NCBI GenBank assembly: GCA_963727775.1
Contig: CAVSHB010000003.1
Location: 96,001-160,000, forward strand
From: an uncultured Nitrospiraceae bacterium
GTDB taxonomy: Bacteria > Nitrospirota > Thermodesulfovibrionia > Thermodesulfovibrionales > SM23-35
Direction: 5' to 3'
DNA: 64,000 nucleotides
Positions 39,102 through 50,033 of the stretch are shown here, piece after piece. Below the pieces are notes generated by a model. The model saw only the letters and a list, made by a program, of their open reading frames with translations. It was not told where the DNA came from and searched no databases. The number at the start of each line of letters is the position of its first letter. Position 1 is the stretch's first letter. Position numbers and translations under genes: made by a program.

Positions 39102-39935
39102 ATGAAAATGACAGCATATGTCTCTATATTGATCGCGGTTTTAATTCTTTGTTCTGCTCAGACGCCCGCCGCTTCTTCATCACTGCTTGTGCAAGAACCG
39201 TCTTTGCAAGATCAGGATACAAAAACTACTGTGGAAAAAGAAAACAAATCGGAACCGGCAAAGGGACCGCAACAAAAAACTGCCGATACCGGGACGGATG
39301 TTAATGCAGGACAGAAAGAAGAAGAGGGTCCGCGGGTCGCGGACCCCCTGTACCCGTGGAACAAGGCAATGTACCACTTCAATGACAAGTTCTATTTTTG
39401 GGTAATGAAGCCTGTTGCGCAGGGATATTCTTCAGTTGTTCCTGAAGATGTCAGACTTTCGGTCAGCAACTTTTTTCGAAACCTTACTACGCCGGTCCGC
39501 TTTGTGAGCAATCTTTTGCAGCTCAAAATAAAAAATGCGGGGAATGAACTCGTCCGTTTTGTTTACAACAGTACAGCCGGTGTCGGCGGTCTTGCCGATA
39601 CTGCAAAGACTGATCTGCATATTCGGCGTCATGATGAAGACCTTGGCCGGACATTCGGCGCCTACGGCATAGGACACGGATTTTACATCGTATGGCCTGT
39701 TCTCGGCCCCTCTTCCCTGCGTGATTCAGTGGGACTGGTCGGAGACACATTCCTGAACCCGGTGAGTTACGTACAACCTATTGAAGCAGCTATAGGGATT
39801 GCCGCATACGATATGGTTAACGAGACATCATTTCATATAGGGGATTACGAGGACCTCAAAAAATCAGCGGTTGATCCTTATATTTCTATCCGTGACGCTT
39901 ATATCCAGTATAGAAAAAACGAGTTGGAAGAATAA
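39102..39935 (+). CDS. mlaA: MlaA/VacJ family lipoprotein
   Basis: DPLYPWNKAMYHFND, NFFRNL, EDLGRTFG.YG, VWPVLGPSSLRD, DPYISIRDAY. Confidence 0.92.
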   Translation: MKMTAYVSILIAVLILCSAQTPAASSSLLVQEPSLQDQDTKTTVEKENKSEPAKGPQQKTADTGTDVNAGQKEEEGPRVADPLYPWNKAMYHFNDKFYFWVMKPVAQGYSSVVPEDVRLSVSNFFRNLTTPVRFVSNLLQLKIKNAGNELVRFVYNSTAGVGGLADTAKTDLHIRRHDEDLGRTFGAYGIGHGFYIVWPVLGPSSLRDSVGLVGDTFLNPVSYVQPIEAAIGIAAYDMVNETSFHIGDYEDLKKSAVDPYISIRDAYIQYRKNELEE

Positions 39936-39942
39936 TACATTA

Positions 39943-42900
39943 TCAAACCTCACACCATTCTTTTGCATTCTGAAACAGTCTAAGCCAGGGAGATGCTTTA
40001 AGGGTGTTCTTCCATTTCTCGGGCATATATGCCCACTGCCATTTAAGAAATGTCCTCTCAGGATGGGGCATCATCGCAAAATGTCTGCCGTCCGGAGAAC
40101 ACAAGGCTGTTATGCCTGAAGGAGAGCCGTTTGGATTAAACGGATACACCTCCGTGAACTTACTATTGTCATCAACAAATCGGATGGGCGCAAGATTTTT
40201 TTCAAGGACTTCCATCAAAATGTCTTTTTTCGGAAAATGGAGCCTCCCTTCGCCATGGGCGACCCATATGCCTAAGGTGGAACCTTCCATGCCCTTCAGC
40301 ATTATAGAAGGGCTCTTTACAATATGGACGGTCGAGAATCTCGATTCAAACCTGCCCGATCTGTTCTGGATGAACCTCGGCTGGATATTATCGGTTAGGC
40401 CCTTCCAGGGAATCCATCCGAGCAATGCCATCAGCTGACAGCCGTTGCATACGCCGAAGCTGAAGGTATCAGGCCTTTCATAGAATTTCAGGAATTGCTC
40501 GTATATTCGTTTGTTGAACCTGATTACACCTGCCCACCCTTTAGCTGAATCAAGGACATCCGCATAACTGAAGCCCCCCACAAAGGCAATCCCCCTGAAG
40601 CTATCGAGGTCTGTGTTTTTTTCAATAAGGTCTGTCATGGTAATATCCCAGACTTCAAAGCCGGCATGATAAAAGGCAGAGATCATTTCACGGTCTCCGT
40701 TGCTCCCTTCTTCCCGTAAGACTGCCACCCTTGGTTTCCTGTCTGTTTTGAGAAATGCCCGATGAGTAGTCTCAGGAGAAAATGAGACGGAATATTCGGG
40801 TCCTTTCCTGTCAAGACTCACGTTATTTTCCTCATCAACACAATCAGGATTTGCCTGAAGCCTGTCGAGGTGATAACTCGTTTTTTCCCAGATTGCCCTA
40901 AGGACTCTCATATCTTCTTCCAAAACGGATCGCCCATTTATGTTTATAGCGATTTCCTTTTCGACTGTTGTATTACCGATTACCTGATAAGGTATATCAT
41001 TTTTTTTGAGGTAATTCGTTATTCTTTTTTCGTTCTCCGGCAAGTACTCAATCACTAATCCGAGTTCTTCAGAAAATAAAAGTGAAAGTTCAAGGATGCC
41101 TCCCGTCCCCCCTTCCTTACCAAGGGGGGGCTGGGAGGGTAAAGTCGCATCTATGTTTATCTCTATACCACAATTGCCTCCGAAAGCCATCTCAAGAAGT
41201 GTAACGATTAATCCCCCATCGCTTCGGTCGTGGCCGGAAAGAATAATGTTCTTTGAGATAAATTTCTGTACACAGTTAAAAGTTTTTTTGAGAAGATTTG
41301 AATCTTCGATGTCCGGGGATTCATTCCCTATCTGACCGTAAACATGCGCTAAAGCAGTACCTCCCAGCCTGTATCTGCCGTTGCCGAGATCTATGTAGAT
41401 CAACCTGCTTTCACCTGGTCTCTTAATATCAGGAGAGATAACTTTTGTAATATCGGGGCATGTGACATATGCGGAAATGACAAGGCTTCCGGGGGCTTTT
41501 ACTATTTCTGTTTTACCCGACGGACCAACGACCTTAGCGGCCATGGAGAGACTGTCCTTCCCGCCGTCGATCGCAATGCCGAGCTCAATTAAAACATCTC
41601 TTAATGCTGTGGCAGCGTCATGAAGTCTTGCGCCTTCACCGGGAAGCTTTGCCGCCCACATCCAGTTGCCGGAGCATTTAATATCTTCAAGGGCGCTCAC
41701 CTTTGCCCACATGAGGTTCGTTATAGCCTCACCGACACTCATCCGGGCCATTGCCTGAGGGCTAATGAGACCCTTAATCGGTTGTTCGCCGACCGCGATT
41801 GCCGCTCCTGTCAATCCAAAATGACTCTGGCTTATGACTGCAACGTCCGACAACGTTAATTGCAAAGGACCGACACACTGCTGTTGGGCTATAAGCCCGG
41901 TAACAGACCTGTCGACTTTATTTGTAAGGAACCTTTTGGATCCGACTGAAACAAGGCGCAGTACTTTGTCGAGAGCCTCTCTGCTTGAGATATCCTCGGG
42001 CATCCTTAGAAGCTCAAGCTCAGGTTTTATTCTTTCTATTGTAAATGTCTTTTGCGGCATTTCGCCGAGGACTTTTGACAGATCGAGGTTCACGGGTGAA
42101 CTCCCATCCGTTTCATCATGAAGGACAATATAACCGGCTCCTGTTATCTCCCCGATGAAGGAACAGGGGACCTTTTCCCGCCGGCAGAGAGTGAGAAAAG
42201 CTTCTTTTTTCTCGGGCTTTAAAAGCAACGCATCCAGTTCCTGGTATTCAGCGCCCCATATCTCAAGCACTGAAAGGGTATCATCGCCGAGTTGAATACT
42301 CCTGATTTCTATCTTGGCGCCGGCGGGATAAATGATTTCTTTCACAACATTGCAGTTGCCGCCCGCGCCCTGGTCATGTATGCTGATGATAGGGTTCTTA
42401 TTCCCCATCTCAACACATGCCCTTATGACCCTGTTTACCTTCTGCTCCATTTCCGCATCACCGCGCTGTACTGCGCTGAAATCAAGCTCGGCTATGTTTT
42501 CTCCCTGTATCATGCTCGATGCTGATCCGCCGCCGATCCCGATCCTGTAAGCAGGGCCGCCGATCTTTACCACCAGCATCCCTTTCCGGGGTTCACCTTT
42601 TTCAATATGACCGCCGTTTATCTGTCCGATACCGCCCGTGAACATTATCGGTTTGATCCATTCTCTTCTCTCACCGTACGGCAACCTTAAACCGAAAGAT
42701 CTTGTAAAACCCTGTATCACCGGTTCGCCGAATTTATTCCCGTAATCGGATGCGCCATTGCTTGCCTCTATCTCTATCTGCAGCGGTGAGGCAAGGTTTG
42801 AGGGATATTCAAACGACAGGTCTTCCCAGGGCAGAACATAACCGGGGATTTGCAGATTACCTACACAATATGCGGCGGTACCGGCCACGACTAAGCTTCC

Positions 42901-43983
42901 CTTGCCGGTTGCATGGACATCCCGTATTCTTCCGCCGGTCCCTGTCTCTGCACCTGGAAACGGCGCAACACCGGTAGGGAAGTTGTGTGTTTCCGCCGTA
43001 AAGATAAGGTGATAATTGAGTTTTGAATTTCTAAAGCGTGAAGGTCTGCCGGATTGTTCCGGTACTATCGCCGATATTTTATAGCCCTTTATCGCGCTTG
43101 AGTTGTCCTTGAAGGCAAGGAGGCTGTTATTAAGATTGCTTTTAAGAGGCTGTTTAATCAAATCCATGAGTGTATAAGTCATCTCCATACCATCAATGAC
43201 CAATCTTCCCCTGAAAAACCAGTGGCGCGAGTGCTCGCTGTTTGATTGGCCGAGGTCAAAACACTCTACATTGGTAGGATTACGTCCTATATCATGTATG
43301 AAGAGTTTGTAATAGTAATCTATGTCCCAATCATCAAGGCCAAGCCCCATTTCAGTATTTATCTTCCTGAGCGCATCTTTGCCGTGTTCGATCAACGGCA
43401 CTATATAAACCGGCTCGGGTTTTATTCCTGTCTCAAAGCCGGTGAGCTCGGCAGGATAAAGACACTCCGTCATCCTGTCGTGAACGAGCTCGAGAAAGGG
43501 TCCCAGTATTCGAGGGTCCGAGGGTCCAAATCGATTATCTATTCCCTGACCCCCTGACTTATTGATGCCCTCATTGAATATCAGTTCATACCTTCGCGAC
43601 CTCTCTATCCTCGTAATCTTCGTGAGGCCGCAGGCATAACATACAGAAACTGCATTCGTCGACCATGCAGTGGTAAAGTTCATGCGTGGACCGACTTCGA
43701 CGACTATTCCGTTGGTCCCATCATTCGTAAGGGGGGACGTAGAGTGGGTATTGTTCAGGAAGCTTTTATCCGAAAAATTCTCCGGGTCGAATGTCTCTGC
43801 CAGGAGCCATCGGAGGAGCCCCAGTTCATCATCGGTGAGCGTTTCTTTGGCCTGAATATTGAAACAGTATTCTGTTTCAATATCGCTGATATTGGGAGAT
43901 ATCTTCTGCCGGGCTGCGGACAGCAGCTCGTTCTTCCCGGCTTGTGAAAGTGCCGGTTTTCGAAAAAGATGCAATAAGCTCAT
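39943..43983 (-). CDS. purL: Phosphoribosylformylglycinamidine synthase (large single-chain form)
   Basis: QSNSEHSRH, AETHNFPT, HDQGAGG, GGKDSLS, GVCNGCQ, MMPHPER. Confidence 0.97.
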   Translation of the reverse strand: MSLLHLFRKPALSQAGKNELLSAARQKISPNISDIETEYCFNIQAKETLTDDELGLLRWLLAETFDPENFSDKSFLNNTHSTSPLTNDGTNGIVVEVGPRMNFTTAWSTNAVSVCYACGLTKITRIERSRRYELIFNEGINKSGGQGIDNRFGPSDPRILGPFLELVHDRMTECLYPAELTGFETGIKPEPVYIVPLIEHGKDALRKINTEMGLGLDDWDIDYYYKLFIHDIGRNPTNVECFDLGQSNSEHSRHWFFRGRLVIDGMEMTYTLMDLIKQPLKSNLNNSLLAFKDNSSAIKGYKISAIVPEQSGRPSRFRNSKLNYHLIFTAETHNFPTGVAPFPGAETGTGGRIRDVHATGKGSLVVAGTAAYCVGNLQIPGYVLPWEDLSFEYPSNLASPLQIEIEASNGASDYGNKFGEPVIQGFTRSFGLRLPYGERREWIKPIMFTGGIGQINGGHIEKGEPRKGMLVVKIGGPAYRIGIGGGSASSMIQGENIAELDFSAVQRGDAEMEQKVNRVIRACVEMGNKNPIISIHDQGAGGNCNVVKEIIYPAGAKIEIRSIQLGDDTLSVLEIWGAEYQELDALLLKPEKKEAFLTLCRREKVPCSFIGEITGAGYIVLHDETDGSSPVNLDLSKVLGEMPQKTFTIERIKPELELLRMPEDISSREALDKVLRLVSVGSKRFLTNKVDRSVTGLIAQQQCVGPLQLTLSDVAVISQSHFGLTGAAIAVGEQPIKGLISPQAMARMSVGEAITNLMWAKVSALEDIKCSGNWMWAAKLPGEGARLHDAATALRDVLIELGIAIDGGKDSLSMAAKVVGPSGKTEIVKAPGSLVISAYVTCPDITKVISPDIKRPGESRLIYIDLGNGRYRLGGTALAHVYGQIGNESPDIEDSNLLKKTFNCVQKFISKNIILSGHDRSDGGLIVTLLEMAFGGNCGIEINIDATLPSQPPLGKEGGTGGILELSLLFSEELGLVIEYLPENEKRITNYLKKNDIPYQVIGNTTVEKEIAININGRSVLEEDMRVLRAIWEKTSYHLDRLQANPDCVDEENNVSLDRKGPEYSVSFSPETTHRAFLKTDRKPRVAVLREEGSNGDREMISAFYHAGFEVWDITMTDLIEKNTDLDSFRGIAFVGGFSYADVLDSAKGWAGVIRFNKRIYEQFLKFYERPDTFSFGVCNGCQLMALLGWIPWKGLTDNIQPRFIQNRSGRFESRFSTVHIVKSPSIMLKGMEGSTLGIWVAHGEGRLHFPKKDILMEVLEKNLAPIRFVDDNSKFTEVYPFNPNGSPSGITALCSPDGRHFAMMPHPERTFLKWQWAYMPEKWKNTLKASPWLRLFQNAKEWCEV

Positions 43984-44022
43984 TTGAGTCTTATTTTAAC
44001 AGAAACGGAAGGGCAGGGTGGT

Positions 44023-45324
44023 TCATGAAGATGACCCGAATACTCTCTCGAAAATGTAATCTGTATTTTTCAGATAATACCCGAGGTCAAAAATAGTATC
44101 GATCTCTTTTGATGTCAGATATCTTTTTACTCCTTTGTCCTTTAATAATAATTTTTTGAACTGTGTCTCTGTCTTCCAGCTTTTCATCGCAGTCCTCTGG
44201 ACTATATCGTACGCGGCTTCACGTGTGAGCCCCTTATCGATAAGGCCGAGCATAACGCGCTGAGAATTATAGAGTCCGTAACTTTTGGTCATATTGGCTT
44301 TCATCCTTTTCGGATAAACATGAAGCTTGTCAAGAATTCCTTTGAGCCTTCCAAGCATATAATCCGTCAGTATGGAGCTGTCGGGAATTATTACCCGCTC
44401 AACGGAAGAATGCGATATGTCCCTTTCATGCCATAGCGCAACATCTTCAAGAGCTGCCATGGCGTTCGATCGTACAAGCCGCGCCAGACCGGAAAGGTTC
44501 TCACAGCCGATAGGATTTCTTTTATGCGGCATAGCGGATGATCCCTTCTGTCCCGCCATGAACGGCTCTTCGGCCTCAAGGACTTCGGACCTCTGCAGAT
44601 GCCTTATTTCAACAGCTATCTTTTCTACGGAGGCTGCAATCAGCGCAAGGCTTGTAAGATATTCGGCATGTCTGTCTCTCTGGACTATCTGCGTCGCAAC
44701 CGGTTCAGGCTTAAGTCCGAGTTTTTTGCAGACCTTCTCCTCGATAGCGGGCGGGATATTTGAGAAGGTGCCCACAGCGCCTGAAAGCTTGCCTATGCTT
44801 ATTATTTCTTTGGCCCTTTTCATCCGCACAAGATTTCTTTTCATATCCTCATACCAAAGGGCAAACTTGAGCCCGAAGGTCATCGGCTCTGCATGAACGC
44901 CGTGACTTCTGCCTATCATCGGGGTATCTTTATATTTGAATGCCTGTTTTCTTATGACATCCATCAACGCTTTAATATCTCTAATGATAATATCAGAGGC
45001 CTCGCGCATAAGGAGGGCCAGCGCCGTATCCAGGATATCTGATGAGGTCAGCCCCTTATGGATAAACCTCGACTCGGGACCGAGGTTCTGCGCAACTGAA
45101 GTAAGGAATGCGATTACATCATGTTTTACAACCTTTTCAATTTCATCGATCCTTTTAATATCGAAGCTGGCTTTTTCCTTAATGAGTCTTAATGAGTCCT
45201 GCGGGATCTCGCCGAGCTCTGTCCACGCCTCGCATGCTGCAATCTCGACGTCAAGCCATTTCTGATATTTGTTTTCAAGGTCCCATAACCTTCCCATTTC
45301 AGGGTATGTATAACGTTGTATCAT
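44023..45324 (-). CDS. purB: Adenylosuccinate lyase
   Basis: KHDVIAF, GRSHG, GSSAMPHKRNP, WHERDISHSSVER. Confidence 0.97.
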   Translation of the reverse strand: MIQRYTYPEMGRLWDLENKYQKWLDVEIAACEAWTELGEIPQDSLRLIKEKASFDIKRIDEIEKVVKHDVIAFLTSVAQNLGPESRFIHKGLTSSDILDTALALLMREASDIIIRDIKALMDVIRKQAFKYKDTPMIGRSHGVHAEPMTFGLKFALWYEDMKRNLVRMKRAKEIISIGKLSGAVGTFSNIPPAIEEKVCKKLGLKPEPVATQIVQRDRHAEYLTSLALIAASVEKIAVEIRHLQRSEVLEAEEPFMAGQKGSSAMPHKRNPIGCENLSGLARLVRSNAMAALEDVALWHERDISHSSVERVIIPDSSILTDYMLGRLKGILDKLHVYPKRMKANMTKSYGLYNSQRVMLGLIDKGLTREAAYDIVQRTAMKSWKTETQFKKLLLKDKGVKRYLTSKEIDTIFDLGYYLKNTDYIFERVFGSSS

Positions 45325-45583
45325 ATTTCCCCCTAAAAAATTCTAATATCTAAAATGCCGGAAGAGCAAATCTTTTGCGATTAATTCCCCCTTTATTAAG
45401 GGGAAAGGTTATCCATTTTAACACCTTATACCCTTGCAAAAAAAGATATTTTTGTGTTAACCTTTCCTTCCTAAAGGAAAATTCCGTATTTTCTATGCGG
45501 ACATGCGCTTTTTCAATTAATTTGTACAGAAAAACCCCTAAATCAGAAAAAGGGGTTTTGAAAGGACAGGAGGAAAAAAGAAA

Positions 45584-46345
45584 ATGGTAACGGCAATGAA
45601 AGAACTGCTTGAGGCAGGTGTACACTTTGGTCATCAGGTAAAAAGATGGCATCCGAAGATGAAGAAGTATATCTTTGGAGAGAGAAACGGGATCTATATA
45701 ATCGATCTTCAGAAGACGGTTAAAGGTCTTGAGGTGGCCTATGATTTTGTAAAGAATCTCTCCATAGCGGGAACTCCGATATTGTTTGTCGGCACTAAGA
45801 AACAATCACAGGACGCAATCAAAGAAGAGGCCGAAAGATCGGGTGCGTTCTATGTTAACCAGCGCTGGCTCGGAGGAATGCTGACGAACTTTTCAACGAT
45901 AAAGAAAAGTATAGAAAAACTGAAAAAGATAGAGACGATGAAAGAGGACGGTACTTTCGATCTGCTCCCCAAAAAAGAGGTGGCAGCTCTCGAGAAGGAA
46001 AGAGGGAAACTTGAAAAAAACCTCTCCGGCATCAAGAATATGACCGGTTTTCCGGGCGCCCTGTTTATTGTGGACCCGAAAAAGGAGAGGATCGCTGTGG
46101 CAGAGGCAAAGAAACTCTCGGTCCCGATTGTTGCGATCGTCGACACAAACTGTGACCCGGATGAAATCGATTATGTAATCCCCGGCAACGACGATGCCAT
46201 AAGGGCAATTAAACTTATTACCTCAAAAATCGCCGAGGCCATAATGGAAGGGAAAGAGACGTTATCAAAGACTATGGCGGAAAAGACCGAGAAGACCGAG
46301 GTCGAAGAAAAGATACAGCAGGAGGAGGCAGAGGCATCAAAATGA
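45584..46345 (+). CDS. rpsB: 30S ribosomal protein S2
   Basis: [36 protein letters not shown]. Confidence 0.98.
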   Translation: MVTAMKELLEAGVHFGHQVKRWHPKMKKYIFGERNGIYIIDLQKTVKGLEVAYDFVKNLSIAGTPILFVGTKKQSQDAIKEEAERSGAFYVNQRWLGGMLTNFSTIKKSIEKLKKIETMKEDGTFDLLPKKEVAALEKERGKLEKNLSGIKNMTGFPGALFIVDPKKERIAVAEAKKLSVPIVAIVDTNCDPDEIDYVIPGNDDAIRAIKLITSKIAEAIMEGKETLSKTMAEKTEKTEVEEKIQQEEAEASK

Positions 46346-46947
46346 CGACAATTTCAGCAGAATCAGTCAAGAATCTCCGGGAAAAAACGGGCGCCGGCAT
46401 GATGGAGTGCAAAAAAGCATTGACTGAAAGCAGCGGAGATTTTGAAAAGGCAGTCGACCTATTGAGACAAAAGGGGCTTGCCAGCGCACATAAGAAATCC
46501 GGAAGGACGGCGTCCGAAGGCCTCATTGATTCATATATTCATATGGGCAAGATCGGAACGATGGTTGAAGTGAACTGCGAAACGGACTTCGTAGCAAGAA
46601 CCGATGATTTCAAAGAACTCCTTAAGGATATTTCAATGCATATTGCGGCTGCAAATCCTACTTATCTTTCAAGGGAGGACGTGCCCCAGAATGTAATTGA
46701 ACGTGAAAAGGAGATATACAAGGCACAGGTTTCAGGCAAACCTCCGCAGGTAGTTGAAAAGATCATAGAGGGAAAGCTCGAAAAGTTTTATTCGGATGTC
46801 TGTCTGCTCGACCAGGTATTCATTAAGGACCCGGACCAGAAAAAGAAGATAAAAGGCCTTGTCACCGAGAAGATTGCAAAACTGGGCAAGAATATCGTCA
46901 TAAGAAGGTTTGCGAGGTTTCAGCTCGGAGAAGCCGCAACAGGATAA
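46342..46947 (+). CDS. tsf: Elongation factor Ts (short form)
   Basis: [27 protein letters not shown]. Confidence 0.98.
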   Translation: MTTISAESVKNLREKTGAGMMECKKALTESSGDFEKAVDLLRQKGLASAHKKSGRTASEGLIDSYIHMGKIGTMVEVNCETDFVARTDDFKELLKDISMHIAAANPTYLSREDVPQNVIEREKEIYKAQVSGKPPQVVEKIIEGKLEKFYSDVCLLDQVFIKDPDQKKKIKGLVTEKIAKLGKNIVIRRFARFQLGEAATG

Positions 46948-48217
<1,270 letters not shown>

Positions 48218-48370
48218 ATGACGAACAGCAATTTTATCGTGAAGGTAACAGATGCAAAACTTGCAGACCTTCAAAAGGCGTTGCAGGCTGCGGATATTAA
48301 GGTAAGGAGTATTATTCAGGTCTTTAAAGAAGAGGTAAAATCACAAGAAGAGGAAAAGGAAACAAAGTAA
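48218..48370 (+). CDS. Small hypothetical protein (50 aa)
   Basis: Below the ORF-track cutoff. MTNSNFIVKVTDAKLADLQKALQAADIKVRSIIQVFKEE... exactly fills the frr-dksA gap with coupled start and stop codons. Confidence 0.65.
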   Translation: MTNSNFIVKVTDAKLADLQKALQAADIKVRSIIQVFKEEVKSQEEEKETK

Positions 48371-49056
48371 TGGCAAACAAGAAAACGAAAAAGAAAATAG
48401 GCAAGTCCGTTAAGACAGGCGTAAAAGCCACTGTGAAAAAGGGCGTAAAAGCCAGACCGAAAGCGTCTGAAAAATCCAAAAAAGCTTCCCCAAAAACTTC
48501 TTCTAAAAAAGCTTCTCTTAAGACTAAAACAATAACGTCCAAAACTAAGAAAGCAATAATAAAAAAACCGGTAACAAAAAAGACTATCGCTAAAAAAGTC
48601 TCTTTAAAAACTCCTGCTAAAACAAAGATACCTCATCCTGTGGTGAAGAAACCTTCTGAAGAAAAATCCATGGACGAAAAAATGATTGAACTCAGAAGGG
48701 CCTTAGTCAGGAAACGCGAAGAAATCGTAAAAGAGGTAAAGAGCGAAATATCAAAATATATAAAGGGTGAAACAAGGCAGCTTGTGGATACAGCCCTTGA
48801 TGACGGGGATTGGTCGGTCGTCGATCTATCGGAGGACATAAGCCTCAGACACCTGAGTACCCACAGGGAAAACCTCCTCAAGATGGATGAGGCCTTAAGG
48901 AAACTTGAAGAGGGAACTTATAGTATTTGCGAGGACTGCGGAGAACCGATAGGCACGGAGAGGCTCAAGATACTTCCGTTTGCGATTTATTGTATAGATT
49001 GCCAGGAAAGAAGAGAACAGCTCGAGGCAATGGAGAGGAAAGAAGGAATAGGCTAA
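48370..49056 (+). CDS. DksA/TraR family zinc-finger regulator with Lys-rich N-terminal extension
   Basis: Coiled coil, DDGD tip, ALRKLEEGTYSICEDCGEPI..RL...P.AIYCIDCQ. Confidence 0.88.
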   Translation: MANKKTKKKIGKSVKTGVKATVKKGVKARPKASEKSKKASPKTSSKKASLKTKTITSKTKKAIIKKPVTKKTIAKKVSLKTPAKTKIPHPVVKKPSEEKSMDEKMIELRRALVRKREEIVKEVKSEISKYIKGETRQLVDTALDDGDWSVVDLSEDISLRHLSTHRENLLKMDEALRKLEEGTYSICEDCGEPIGTERLKILPFAIYCIDCQERREQLEAMERKEGIG

Positions 49057-50033
49057 CTGCTTATTTCCCCGTTAATCTTCGGAGCGCACTTTTTGTATAC
49101 TTCATCCAGTATTTCTTTCCCACCTTTAGAGAGAATCTCATCCGCCAGTTGAACGCCGAGGGGTTCTGCGTTCTCCGGCATTCCTTCAATATGACCTTTT
49201 ATAATTTTATCTCCTGAAATACTTCCAACTAATCCGTCCATACTGACCTTACCGTGAATCAGTCTCGCGTGCGCTGCGATAGGCACCTGGCAGCCGCCTT
49301 CCAGGCGCAGCAAGAAAGCCCTTTCAGCTTTGACGCATATTGATGTTTCTGAATGGTCCAGATGGGAAATAAGGCCATGAATAAATTCATCATCAATTCT
49401 GCATTCGATCCCTATAGCGCCCTGGCCAATGGCGGGAAGGCTTCTTTCAAAGGGCAGGATCTCAGTTATTCTATTCTGCAGCCCGAGTCTTTTCACACCG
49501 GCAGCAGCCAGGATTATGGCTTCGAACTGACCCTCATCCAGTTTTCTCAGTCTCGTATCGAGGTTGCCCCGTAACTGTTTAATCTTTAAATCAGGCCGGA
49601 TGCTGAGCAACTGACATGACCGTCTGAGACTGCTCGTCCCTATTGTCGCGCCTTTGGGCAGGCTTTTAAAGTTTTGGACCTTGAACTTTGAACTTTGAAC
49701 TTGAGAAATGAACGCGTCTCTCGGGTCTTCTCTTTCGCAGATCACCGCGAGTTGGAGCTCTTCGGGAAATTCCGTCGGCACGTCCTTCATGCTGTGGACA
49801 GCGATATCCGCCTCACGCCTCAACAGGGCCTCTTCTATCTCCTTAACAAAAAGGCCTTTGCCTCCAATTTGCGCAAGAGGCACATCGAGGATCTTATCGC
49901 CCGTGGTTTTAATCTTGTTTAATTCAATCTCCAGATCAGGGTAACGGCTTTTCAACTCGGCTTTGATCCATTCGGCCTGCCATAGCGCGAGTTTGCTTCC
50001 CCTTGTGCCGATGGATATTTTACGTCTCTTCAT
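49053..50033 (-). CDS. hemC: Hydroxymethylbilane synthase
   Basis: IGTRGSKLALWQ, GGKGLFVKE, VHSMKD, GTSSLRR, LEGGCQVP. Confidence 0.97.
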   Translation of the reverse strand: MKRRKISIGTRGSKLALWQAEWIKAELKSRYPDLEIELNKIKTTGDKILDVPLAQIGGKGLFVKEIEEALLRREADIAVHSMKDVPTEFPEELQLAVICEREDPRDAFISQVQSSKFKVQNFKSLPKGATIGTSSLRRSCQLLSIRPDLKIKQLRGNLDTRLRKLDEGQFEAIILAAAGVKRLGLQNRITEILPFERSLPAIGQGAIGIECRIDDEFIHGLISHLDHSETSICVKAERAFLLRLEGGCQVPIAAHARLIHGKVSMDGLVGSISGDKIIKGHIEGMPENAEPLGVQLADEILSKGGKEILDEVYKKCAPKINGEISS

